Source: Elusimicrobiota bacterium
GTDB taxonomy: Bacteria; Elusimicrobiota; Elusimicrobia; JACQPE01
Assembly: GCA_016205025.1 (NCBI GenBank)
Contig: JACQJO010000029.1
Coordinates: 97,759 to 161,758, forward strand
Direction: 5' to 3'
DNA length: 64,000 bases
Shown here: positions 1 through 8,625 of the stretch, piece by piece
Layout: the number at the start of each line of letters is the position of its first letter
Numbering within the stretch: the stretch's first letter is position 1
The notes under the pieces: generated by a model
The model's database searches: none
The model's input: only the letters and a program-made list of their open reading frames with translations
Told to the model about the DNA's origin: nothing
Program-made: the position numbers and the translations under genes

Positions 1-330
1 CTTAGCCAGGCGGCCGCCTTCATTTTGGGGCGATCCGGCAAGGCTTCCGTGAAGTCTTTCGCTGGGTAGTCACCTCGGGGTGTCTGATAAAATTCTAGCT
101 TGTAGATGACGGCCTCCTGTTGATTGTCAATATATTACATGATAAATCATGTATTATCAATACCCACCAGAGGAATTATTTGGGGATCTCAACGATTTCT
201 TTACGGCCACGCCCCTCCACCACCTCTTTGAATTGGCAAGAGTGCCACAGGATCAGGAGGACCCGAAGGGAGGAGAGGGGTTTTGCCTCCTCTACTGGGT
301 TCAAGGGTGACTCCCCTGCGCTAAACTCCT

Positions 331-936
331 CTAATCGGTTGGGATAGACTGCCAGGCCCGGGCCAAGGCGGTCCGGTGCTTCCAAAAATAAGGCAGTCCG
401 CTCAACAGCGTCATGATCGCGACCGCCCAAAAAAGAACCGAGCAAATCTCTTCAGACGCCATGCGTGGCCCCTCAAAATAACTGCCCCACAGCGCAAAGG
501 TGAAAAAAAGAATCACACCGAATTGAACGGCGGATTTAATCTTGCCGAACCGCTCCGCCGCCAGAGGCCTCGTTTCCGCCAAAGAAGAACGCGCCTTGGT
601 CAGGATCACGATGCGCAAACCCGAAACTCCCATCTCCCTGACGATAATCAAAACCAAAGGAAACAGGGGCAGTCCGAGATAAGGGTGGCAAATCAAAGAA
701 ACGAAGGCCGAAATAATGAACGCTTTATCCGCGATGGGATCAAAACAAATCCCGAAACTCGACACCTGCCGCCACAGCCGGGCCAGATAACCGTCCATCC
801 AATCGGAAATCAGCGCGAAAAGAGCCACGGCGCAGGCCAAGGCCAAGCTCCAAGGACGGTCATCTAAAATCAGTAGCCCAAAAACAGGGGCAAGGATTAG
901 GCGCGATAAGGTTAGAGCGTTGGGAATCCCGCTCAC
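331..936 (-). CDS. pgsA: CDP-alcohol phosphatidyltransferase (phosphatidylglycerophosphate synthase-like)
   Basis: 201 aa, multi-TM. Carries the CDP-OH phosphatidyltransferase motif 'DWMDGYLAR...G...FDPIADK' (D-x2-DG-x2-AR...G-x3-D-x3-D). Confidence 0.8.
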   Translation of the reverse strand: MSGIPNALTLSRLILAPVFGLLILDDRPWSLALACAVALFALISDWMDGYLARLWRQVSSFGICFDPIADKAFIISAFVSLICHPYLGLPLFPLVLIIVREMGVSGLRIVILTKARSSLAETRPLAAERFGKIKSAVQFGVILFFTFALWGSYFEGPRMASEEICSVLFWAVAIMTLLSGLPYFWKHRTALARAWQSIPTD

Positions 937-938
937 TA

Positions 939-1907
939 CTATTCTTTTTTGACGCCGAGCGCCGTTTCGATCGCTCCGGGCGTGAACTCAACTTCCAGGG
1001 GAGTTTTCTCCAGTTCTTCGGGCGTAAAGGACCACAAGGCGCCATTGGCCCTGGCTTCGATGCTCTTGGGGTTTCCGATGCGCAATTTGATCGAGCCGCG
1101 GCCGCGGAATGTTCGCTTTTGAATGGCGGGAAGAATCCCTTGGAATGTCAGGCGTCCGTCCGTTTCCGCTCGAAGCCAGGTCGGCTCCGATTTGGCCGAG
1201 ATTTCCAAAACGAATTCCTTGACCGGCGCCGCAGGCGCGTTGAGCGAGGCCGCGGCCGGCGTTGCCGACGGCGCGCGCTGTTCGTTGCGGGCGGCCTCCT
1301 GGCCGAGCAATCGGGGGATATTTAAAGCCTTTTCAGGAGAATCCTGGAAACTGCGATGTTGTATATAGGAATAAATGCCGTAAAAACCGCCCAAAAACAC
1401 CGCCGGGAAAACGATGAAGACGATAATCCAATTTTGTCCTTCCGTCACCCAAAGGACAAACTGCTCGCCCCAGCTCAAATCCCTGGCCGCGTCATCTCTA
1501 AGGTTGCGGTTTTGCGCCGCCCTTTTTGTTTCACGCGTCTCTTCAACGTGCTGGCCGCTGCGCAGCGGCACGCGGTCCTCGATCTTCTCCCAAAGGTCGA
1601 AAGGGTCGGGAATCCCCAAATATTTCGCGTAAGAAAGAAAAAATCCTCTACAATAAATCTTGGCCGGAAAAACATTGTAGCGCCCTTCCTCCAAAGCGGC
1701 GATGAACTTAACCGTTATTTTGGTGTCTTCCCGCACCTTCTCCAGAGTCAATCCGCGCTCTTGGCGGCGCTTCTTAAAAAGCTCATGAATGGGAATATCC
1801 GCCTGGGCGTCGGCGGGCGGCGTCTCTTTTACGGATGGGCTCTCCGCCGGCCTGGCCGGAGTTTTCTCCATCAAGGAATCCGGAATCTTAATTTGTTCTG
1901 GTGTCAT
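939..1907 (-). CDS. rodZ: RodZ-like cytoskeleton protein (N-terminal XRE-type HTH, single TM, C-terminal DUF4115-like domain)
   Basis: 322 aa. N-terminal HTH 'IHELFKKRRQERGLTLEKVREDTKITVKFIAALEEGRY' is typical of RodZ. A TM segment 'IIVFIVFPAVFLGGFYGIY' lies mid-protein. The stop abuts the pgsA start. Confidence 0.55.
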   Translation of the reverse strand: MTPEQIKIPDSLMEKTPARPAESPSVKETPPADAQADIPIHELFKKRRQERGLTLEKVREDTKITVKFIAALEEGRYNVFPAKIYCRGFFLSYAKYLGIPDPFDLWEKIEDRVPLRSGQHVEETRETKRAAQNRNLRDDAARDLSWGEQFVLWVTEGQNWIIVFIVFPAVFLGGFYGIYSYIQHRSFQDSPEKALNIPRLLGQEAARNEQRAPSATPAAASLNAPAAPVKEFVLEISAKSEPTWLRAETDGRLTFQGILPAIQKRTFRGRGSIKLRIGNPKSIEARANGALWSFTPEELEKTPLEVEFTPGAIETALGVKKE

Positions 1908-1918
1908 GAAATAACTCC

Positions 1919-2698
1919 CTATTCGCTCCTAGTGCTAGTCATGTCGATCACGGAAACATCTTTCGCAAACTGCCTATCGAATATTTTATCACTGAACTTG
2001 GCATTGGGGCGAGCATCGGAAATCCTCAAGCTTGCCTCATAATTGTTGAAAACCAACTTCAAACTCTCGGGCCGGCCGCTCGCCGCCTCGATGCCAAAAA
2101 GCAAATGATAGGGCTGCGTCGCGCTCTTCTTGGGATCAGCCCTAAGATAAACAACGCCCTGGGCGGCGCCGGAGGCCTTGGCCAGCGAAAAATGGTAACG
2201 ATCTTCAAACTTGCCCAAATCAAAAAATACCGGCAAGTCCATGAAGGCCTGTAAGTGCATCTGGCCGAAATCCTCCCACTTCCTGACCACCACCTGTCGC
2301 AAAGACTCATCAAAAAGATAGGCGGTATTTTTGTCAATCCAAAGCTTGTATTTGACCCGGCCGGAGTAATCCGCGCGCACGCGAAAATTTTTCCGGTCGA
2401 AATAAACCCGGCCGGTCAGCTTCTCTCTCTCGCCCGTGGGCGTCAAAAAAAATTCTTCGGTAAACTTAAACGTGATGCGCTCAATTTTTTCGTCGTAAGC
2501 CTTGACCTTGGCCAGGATGGAAGTCGTAGTGAGTTCAACAGAAAGCGACTGTTCTTTTTCTGCGCTACCTGGATCAGCAAAAGTCGCTAAACTCAACATA
2601 ATGACTAGGCAACAGGCACTAAGGCGATGAGGCGATGAGGCGAAAAGATGTTTTTTACTTAGTGCCTTAGTGCCTTTATGCCTCTGTGCCTTGATCAA
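1919..2698 (-). CDS. LolA-like outer-membrane lipoprotein carrier / lipoprotein-sorting protein
   Basis: 259 aa. It lies directly downstream of ftsK, matching the conserved ftsK-lolA synteny. The TTG start at 2698 overlaps the ftsK TGA stop ('TTGA'). Residues ~3-28 are encoded by the GGCACTAAG hairpin repeat at 2615..2692. An alternative ATG (M34) lies at 2597..2599. The family call is by fold/size/synteny pattern only. Confidence 0.45.
   Translation of the reverse strand: MIKAQRHKGTKALSKKHLFASSPHRLSACCLVIMLSLATFADPGSAEKEQSLSVELTTTSILAKVKAYDEKIERITFKFTEEFFLTPTGEREKLTGRVYFDRKNFRVRADYSGRVKYKLWIDKNTAYLFDESLRQVVVRKWEDFGQMHLQAFMDLPVFFDLGKFEDRYHFSLAKASGAAQGVVYLRADPKKSATQPYHLLFGIEAASGRPESLKLVFNNYEASLRISDARPNAKFSDKIFDRQFAKDVSVIDMTSTRSE
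2615..2692. repeat. Hairpin element built from GGCACTAAG / CTTAGTGCC octamer tandem repeats (copy 1 of 3)
   Basis: Sequence 'aggcactaaggcgatgaggcgatgaggcgaaaagatgttttttacttagtgccttagtgcctttatgcctctgtgcctt'. The arms are inverted copies of an 8-9 nt unit. Related copies lie at 15826..15925 and 18110..18240. Confidence 0.7.
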
Positions 2699-4953
2699 TC
2701 TATCCGCCTTTCTTTTAGATATTCTTCAATTCGATCATATCGAATTTCCCAGCGATTGGTTCCCTCGGGCTTAAAAATATACCCGCCCACTTCAAGACGC
2801 GACAAAATATCAGTGGCGCGCGCCGAGGAGCCGAAATGGGCTTTAAGCAAATCCTGGGACACGCGGCGTCTTTCCTGAATTAATTTTAAGGCCTTAAGAA
2901 AATTTTCCACCTCCTCGCGCGACTGAACCTGGCCTTGCCCGCCGGAATTTTGGTTGTGGATGCCCATCAGAACCGCCGGTTCCGGGTAATCGGGCCCTCC
3001 CTGCTCTTTCCAAAACTGAACCACTTTTTGAATCTCCCCGTCTGAAACGTAAGCTCCCTGAATGCGCGCCGGGCGTTGGGCTCCGGCGGCCAAATACAGC
3101 AAGTCGCCCTCGCCCAACAGATCTTCGGCTCCCTGCGCGTCTAAAATGACGCGGGAATCCACCTTGGAAACCACTTGTAAGGCAATGCGCGCGGGCAGGT
3201 TGGCTTTGATGACCCCGGTGATAACGTCCACGCTGGGGCGCTGGGTCGCCAAAATCAGATGAATGCCCACCGCGCGGGCCATTTGAGCTAAACGCTGGAC
3301 ATTGTGCTCCACTTCTTTGCCCGCCACCAACATTAAATCCGCCAATTCATCAATGATCACCACGACATAAGGTTCCGGCGCAAAGGCCCCGGCATCAACC
3401 GCTCCTGGTGAGCCTTGTCGAACCACCTTGTTGTAGGCCTCGATATTTCTGACATTTTTTTGAGCGAACCGTTCATAGCGGGCTTCCATTAAATCAACCA
3501 TGGCCGCCAATGTTTTGGACGCCTCTTTGAAATCCGTAATGACGGTGACATCGGAGGCGGATTTTCTGGGGTCAAACAGATGCGGAACGCCTTCGTAAAA
3601 AGGGAGCTCCAAGCGCTTGGGATCAATTAATACCAGCTTAAGCTCATCAGGGGTCATCCGGTAGATATAAGAAACGATCATGGCGTGAATCAGCACGCTT
3701 TTGCCGGAGTTGGTCGCTCCCGCGACCAGAAGATGGGGCATGTCGGTTAAATCCGCCAGTATGCCTTCGCCGGAAGCCGAACGCCCAATCGCGAAAACAA
3801 GACGGTCATCGGCCTCTCGCGCCATTGAAGTTTCCAAAACATCCCTTAAGCGCACCAGGGTGGCTTTAGGATTGGGAACCTCAATGCCGATAGCCCCCTT
3901 ACCCGCGATGGGGCCCAGCACGCGCACCGAAGCCACGCGCAAGGCCAACGCTATATCATTGGTTAAATTAACGATCTCGGTAACTTTAACGCCGGGTTTT
4001 GGAACAACATCATACCGGGTCACCACGGGACCCGGCACAATCCCCTCAAGATCCACCAAAACCTCAAAATTAGCCAGAGCGCGCACCAGATCCTGGCCCC
4101 TGCCCTCCAAAACATCGGCCTGGGCCCAAACCTCCGAACCGCCGCTTCCCCGGTTTAATAAATCCAAAGACGGAAGCGTCCATTTGGCTGCGGCGCCCTC
4201 GCGTGGCGCGTCAGGCGCCGGGCGCGCTTGACCACGAATCGGCGGTTCCACGGGTGCGACAGTGATCTTAACCGGCCCGATTCGCTCGGTCTCCTCGGAT
4301 TCGGGCGGCCGCACGCCGTGGCCGTTGCCGTTAGCTGGTTTCTCTATTTTGACTCTCGGCGCGCTTACCGCGCCGCCGGCAGACGCAGACTGCTCGGCAA
4401 CCGCCGCGCGCCGCAAGCGCCATTCGCGGCGCCACGATTTCCAATCCTCCTGGATCAGCCGGATCGTCCGGCCGGTCAACGCTCCCCACGGCACGTCAAA
4501 AGCCATCCAGAGCCAAAAAGCTCCCAACCCCGCCAGCATGGCCCAACTGCCAAAAAAACCGACGCGATAACTCATGGAGCGCGCCAGCCATAAACCCAAA
4601 CCTCCCGCTATGTCGCTTTGATTGAAAGCCGCCAAGCCCCATCCCAAAGCGGCCAGAAAAAATCCGCCCAGCGGCAAAAATAAGGCGTGCGTCGCAAAAG
4701 CGATCTCGCTGGAAAGCGCCTTGCGCGCCGCCCAAGCTCTGGCCGCCATCCAAAACAAAAAAATAGGCGTCCAATAAGCCATCCATCCGAACGCCCCCAA
4801 CATCAAATGATCCACCCATTGACTTAAAAGCCCCATCGAGGCCGGCCAATAAAGGCAGGGGGTTAAAACGAGTCCGCAAAAAAAAGAAAAGAAAAAAAGA
4901 AAAAACCGCCACTTTTTGGAAGACTTAGCGCCCCTTGAGCGTTTCGACATCAA
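2695..4953 (-). CDS. ftsK: DNA translocase FtsK/SpoIIIE
   Basis: 752 aa. N-terminal TM segments, a Pro/Ala-rich linker, a motor domain with Walker A 'GATNSGKSV' and Walker B 'VVVIIDELADLM', and a C-terminal gamma-like wHTH. Confidence 0.9.
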   Translation of the reverse strand: MMSKRSRGAKSSKKWRFFLFFFSFFCGLVLTPCLYWPASMGLLSQWVDHLMLGAFGWMAYWTPIFLFWMAARAWAARKALSSEIAFATHALFLPLGGFFLAALGWGLAAFNQSDIAGGLGLWLARSMSYRVGFFGSWAMLAGLGAFWLWMAFDVPWGALTGRTIRLIQEDWKSWRREWRLRRAAVAEQSASAGGAVSAPRVKIEKPANGNGHGVRPPESEETERIGPVKITVAPVEPPIRGQARPAPDAPREGAAAKWTLPSLDLLNRGSGGSEVWAQADVLEGRGQDLVRALANFEVLVDLEGIVPGPVVTRYDVVPKPGVKVTEIVNLTNDIALALRVASVRVLGPIAGKGAIGIEVPNPKATLVRLRDVLETSMAREADDRLVFAIGRSASGEGILADLTDMPHLLVAGATNSGKSVLIHAMIVSYIYRMTPDELKLVLIDPKRLELPFYEGVPHLFDPRKSASDVTVITDFKEASKTLAAMVDLMEARYERFAQKNVRNIEAYNKVVRQGSPGAVDAGAFAPEPYVVVIIDELADLMLVAGKEVEHNVQRLAQMARAVGIHLILATQRPSVDVITGVIKANLPARIALQVVSKVDSRVILDAQGAEDLLGEGDLLYLAAGAQRPARIQGAYVSDGEIQKVVQFWKEQGGPDYPEPAVLMGIHNQNSGGQGQVQSREEVENFLKALKLIQERRRVSQDLLKAHFGSSARATDILSRLEVGGYIFKPEGTNRWEIRYDRIEEYLKERRID

Positions 4954-5009
4954 GATGATTCTAGCGCATAGAAAAGAAGCGGTGAAGGCTCGGGCTCGCT
5001 TAATTTTCC

Positions 5010-5131
5010 GGCGGAGCCTTAAATCTCTTGAAAAAATATCTCGGAACCCGTTTCTCTTGAAACGGGTGAGAGCTAAGTGGCGGCTGCTCTGCAGCCGACC
5101 ACGGTTTTTTCAAGAGATTTAAGGCGGAGCC
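5010..5131 (-). other. Structured ~120-nt leader element in the wHTH-ftsK intergenic region (long-range 20-bp inverted repeat enclosing two hairpins)
   Basis: 'ccttaaatctcttgaaaaaa' (5017..5036) pairs perfectly with 'ttttttcaagagatttaagg' (5105..5124). Inside lie the hairpins 'cccgtttctcttgaaacggg' and 'ggctgctctgcagcc'. No ORF covers the region. Confidence 0.35.
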
Positions 5132-5173
5132 GTTGCGCGTTATGCCAAAAAAAACGCGTGACGGTCAAAATTT

Positions 5174-5401
5174 TTAGTTTGACGCCCGCGTTAGTTGTTC
5201 TTTTGCCAAGCGAACTTTGTAGCCGTACTCCGAGGCTTCCATTTCCACCTTGCCCTCTTTAAGCATCCAACCCAAAGCCAAAAAAAGTTTGCTCGCCGAA
5301 AGTTCCAGTTTCAGTTTAAGATGCGTCGTTTCGGTTGCCCCTTCGGAGTTCAGGATCAACCGAATTTTTTCAGCAATCTCTTCAATAGATTGGCCCATCA
5401 A
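5174..5401 (-). CDS. Small winged-helix protein (DUF2582-like)
   Basis: 75 aa. The 'FLALGWMLKEGKV' motif matches the DUF2582 wHTH family pattern. Confidence 0.5.
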   Translation of the reverse strand: MMGQSIEEIAEKIRLILNSEGATETTHLKLKLELSASKLFLALGWMLKEGKVEMEASEYGYKVRLAKEQLTRASN

Positions 5402-5517
5402 ACCTCCAAATCCAAAGGCTCAAAAAGTTCAAAAGTTCAAGAGGTTCAAAAGGCTAACCAAGGATTTCTTCCTTATCCTCTTGAACTTTTTTACCCTCTT
5501 AAACCTTTTGAACATTG

Positions 5518-5940
5518 CTACTCTAACAAAAATACCGCGTCCCCTTTTTTAACGTGCTTGCCGTTGACGCCCAAAACTTTAACCACTTTCCCCGCTTTCG
5601 GCGCCCGGATTTCGTTCATCACCTTCATGGCCTCGATGATGCACAAAACATCTCCCGATTTGACCGCCAAACCCTCCTCTACGAAAGGGGCGGCCGACGG
5701 CGAGGACGAGCGGTAAAAAACACCGGATAACGGGGCGTTGACAGGGGTGCCTGAAACGGGGATAAGGGGAACCGGGGATGCGGCGATACTCTCCTGCCCG
5801 CTTCCCCTCTTACCCGCTTCACCCTCTTTCTTCAGGGCTATCTTTAGCTTTTCCTGCGGGCCCAGTTCAAATTCTAAGGCCGAAACGCCAGCCGCTTTCA
5901 TGCGTTGATACAAAAGCTCCAGCCGGGTCACAAGCGACAT
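5518..5940 (-). CDS. accB: Biotin carboxyl carrier protein of acetyl-CoA carboxylase
   Basis: 140 aa. Biotinyl-lysine motif 'EAMKVMNEI' in a C-terminal lipoyl-like domain, preceded by a Pro/Ala-rich linker. Confidence 0.85.
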   Translation of the reverse strand: MSLVTRLELLYQRMKAAGVSALEFELGPQEKLKIALKKEGEAGKRGSGQESIAASPVPLIPVSGTPVNAPLSGVFYRSSSPSAAPFVEEGLAVKSGDVLCIIEAMKVMNEIRAPKAGKVVKVLGVNGKHVKKGDAVFLLE

Positions 5941-5968
5941 GGGGCTAACTTACCAGATTATGAATTTT

Positions 5969-8239
5969 TTATCTGGGCCGGCCCCGGAAACGGTCTCTCG
6001 GTCCGCCGCCCTGCGGCCCCCTTCCACCGGGCCTTGGGGGGCGCAAACCGAAACCTCTCCTGCCCTCGTTCGGGCCGCCGCCGCGGCCGGCATAATCGCC
6101 GCCGCCGCGATTGCCGAAAGACCTGGGGGGAGTGCCCTGGCCCTGCGATTCGCCCTGCGGGGCATCGGCGCGCACCAGCCGGATTTTACCGGAAGGATCA
6201 ATATCCGCGATTCTGACTTCAACGGGATCTCCCTCTTGGAATAGATCGCTCGGATGATTAATGCGCTGCTGGGACATCTGTGAAATATGCAGAAGGCCGT
6301 CGCGTCCGGGCAAAATCTCCACGAACGCGCCAAAGTCGGTTATTGAAACCACTTTGCCCTGGTACACTTTGCCCACCTCGGGCTCCTGGGTCATGCCCTG
6401 GATTTCCTGCTTAGCCTGCTCCACCTGGTCCCAATCCTGCGAATGAATGAAAATGCGGCCGTCGTCTTCCACCTCGATCTCAACGCCGAACGTTTCGCTC
6501 AATCTTCGGATATTCTTGCCGCCCGGGCCGATCAAGGCTCCGATTTTTTCAACCGGGATCGTCACGACCGATATTTTCGGCGCGTAGATGGATAAGCTCG
6601 AACGCGGGAAATTCAGAGCCTGGATCATTTTATCCAGAATCGCCAAGCGCGCGATGCGCGCGGCCTCAACCGCTTCGGTCAAAATTTCAAGCGTAATGCC
6701 CGGAATTTTGACATCCATCTGAAAACCGGTCACGCCCGAACGCGTTCCGGCCAATTTAAAGTCCATGTCGCCCAGATGGTCTTCCAGACCCATGATGTCG
6801 GTTAAGACAAAATGCTTGCCGCCCTCCACGATCAATCCCATCGCGATTCCGGCCACGTGATCCTGCAAAGGCACGCCGGCGTCAAACATAGCCAAAGAAC
6901 CGCCGCAGACGCTGGCCATGGAAGTCGAGCCGTTGGACTCCAGAATGTCGGACACCACGCGCACCGTGTAAGGAAAATCTTCCTCTTTGGGCAAAACGGC
7001 CACGAGCGATCTTCGCGCCAGCGATCCATGCCCGATTTCGCGCCGCCCCGGGCCGCGGTCCGGTCTTACCTCGCCGACCGAGAAGGCCGGGAAATTGTAA
7101 TGAAACAGAAAACGCTCCTTAAAATCCCCCTCCTGCTCTTCCATGGACTGCATATCCTTGGGGGAGCCCAGCGTCACGGTAGCTAACGCCTGGGTCTGGC
7201 CTCTCTGAAACAAAGCCGAGCCGTGAGTCCGCGGAAGAAGGGACGTCCGGCAGGAAATCGGCCTGATTTCATTGATTTTGCGGCCGTCGGCGCGCGCGCC
7301 GTCTCGAACCAGCATGGCGCGCTCCTCGGCGTGAAAAATATCTTCCACGATGCCGCCGATGTGGCCCAAATGATTCGGGAATTTGGCCTCCAGGCGCGCG
7401 GTGAAATCTTTTTTCAAGGCTCTTAATTCGACGTCCAATGCTTTCTTGGGAAGAAACTTTTTAACGATCTCCCTGATTTTGGAAGCCGCCTCGTCTTTGA
7501 TGGCGTTTTTCACGTCTTGATTCCATTGAAATGGCGTGAATGTCATTTTAGGCTTGCCGATCTTTTTGCGGATCTCCTCTTGAATATCGCAAAGCCGGTC
7601 CAAAGGTCCCTTGGCCGCTTTCAGGGCCTCAAGAATGGTTTCTTCGGGCACGATTTTGGCGCCGCCTTCCACCATCACATAAGCGTCCTTGGTCGCGGAA
7701 ATGACCATGTCGATGTCGCTTTCCTGCAGTTCCGCGAATGTCGGATTAAACACGAAGGAACCCCCCACGCGCCCCACGCGAATGCCGGCCACCGGTCCGT
7801 TAAACGGAATGTCGGAGATCACCAAGGCCGCGCTCGAGGCCAACAGCGTCACGACATCGGCGTCGTTTTCGCCGTCAACGGAAAGCACCAAGTTTTGAAC
7901 CATCACTTCGTGGTAAAAACCTTCCGGGAAAAGCGGCCGCAAGGTCCGGTCCGTCAAGCGGGAGGATAAAATTTCGGTTTCCTTGGGGCGGCCTTCCCTG
8001 CGAAAAAATCCGCCGGGAATCTTTCCCGTGGCGTAAGTTCGCTCGCGGTAATCCACCGTCAGGGGAAAAAACGCGGCGTCTTTTTTGGGATCCGGGGACG
8101 CGCAAACAGAGGAAATGACCACGGTTCCACCGATGGTGGCCATCACCGAGCCGTTGGCCTGCTGGGCCACGTGGCCCGTCTGAAAATTAATGGTTTTGCC
8201 GCCGATATCTATGGCGAATTCAATTGGTTCTGACATCAT
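5969..8239 (-). CDS. pnp: Polyribonucleotide nucleotidyltransferase (PNPase) with a C-terminal Arg/Gly-rich tail
   Basis: 756 aa. Two RNase PH domains, KH, and S1 ('GKVVSITDFGAFVEI'). The last ~70 aa are an RGG-rich low-complexity extension ('GRGGGPNEGRRGFGLRPPRPGGRGPQGGGPRDRFRGRPR'). Confidence 0.95.
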   Translation of the reverse strand: MMSEPIEFAIDIGGKTINFQTGHVAQQANGSVMATIGGTVVISSVCASPDPKKDAAFFPLTVDYRERTYATGKIPGGFFRREGRPKETEILSSRLTDRTLRPLFPEGFYHEVMVQNLVLSVDGENDADVVTLLASSAALVISDIPFNGPVAGIRVGRVGGSFVFNPTFAELQESDIDMVISATKDAYVMVEGGAKIVPEETILEALKAAKGPLDRLCDIQEEIRKKIGKPKMTFTPFQWNQDVKNAIKDEAASKIREIVKKFLPKKALDVELRALKKDFTARLEAKFPNHLGHIGGIVEDIFHAEERAMLVRDGARADGRKINEIRPISCRTSLLPRTHGSALFQRGQTQALATVTLGSPKDMQSMEEQEGDFKERFLFHYNFPAFSVGEVRPDRGPGRREIGHGSLARRSLVAVLPKEEDFPYTVRVVSDILESNGSTSMASVCGGSLAMFDAGVPLQDHVAGIAMGLIVEGGKHFVLTDIMGLEDHLGDMDFKLAGTRSGVTGFQMDVKIPGITLEILTEAVEAARIARLAILDKMIQALNFPRSSLSIYAPKISVVTIPVEKIGALIGPGGKNIRRLSETFGVEIEVEDDGRIFIHSQDWDQVEQAKQEIQGMTQEPEVGKVYQGKVVSITDFGAFVEILPGRDGLLHISQMSQQRINHPSDLFQEGDPVEVRIADIDPSGKIRLVRADAPQGESQGQGTPPRSFGNRGGGDYAGRGGGPNEGRRGFGLRPPRPGGRGPQGGGPRDRFRGRPR

Positions 8240-8334
8240 TTACTCCTTGTCCGATTATTCATTACGTTTATTCTAATTACAGGAAGAGTTCAGGTTGGTT
8301 ATTCAAGCCCAATCCCGTCAAAAAAGACCGGGAT

Positions 8335-8598
8335 TCAGTTTAAATCAAGATCCGAACGCAGCTTTTTTGACGCTGCACGGTCGTTTCTTTCCAAATAAGA
8401 AAGCAACGCGCGCCTTCTGCCCACCAGTTTTAAAAGTCCCCTGCGGGAAGAATGGTCGTATTTTTCGGATTTCAGATGCCCATTAATGCTGTTGATTCTA
8501 TTGGAAAGCATGGCGATCTGAACAACGGTGCCGCCCGTGTCCTTGGGGTTGGCCGCGTACCGTTTAACAATTTCTGACTTCTCTTCTTTTGTAATCAC
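8335..8598 (-). CDS. rpsO: 30S ribosomal protein S15
   Basis: 87 aa '[43 protein letters not shown]...'. It sits immediately upstream of pnp (classic rpsO-pnp arrangement). Confidence 0.95.
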   Translation of the reverse strand: MITKEEKSEIVKRYAANPKDTGGTVVQIAMLSNRINSINGHLKSEKYDHSSRRGLLKLVGRRRALLSYLERNDRAASKKLRSDLDLN

Positions 8599-8625
8599 GC
8601 TAGAATTATAACATGAAAAATTGAA

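Noticed and set aside
120-445. ORFs 120..347(+) and 176..445(-) at the window start
   Set aside because: They are short and mutually overlapping. The minus ORF overlaps the 3' end of pgsA, and neither has a recognisable motif. The region is more likely a non-coding 3' flank.
5402-5517. Possible small RNA in the wHTH-accB spacer with GTTCAA-containing inverted repeats
   Set aside because: It has only imperfect short repeats ('ggctcaaaaagttcaaaagttcaagagg' / 'cctcttgaactttt') and no clear terminator or conserved structure. I kept it only as a note, not a feature.
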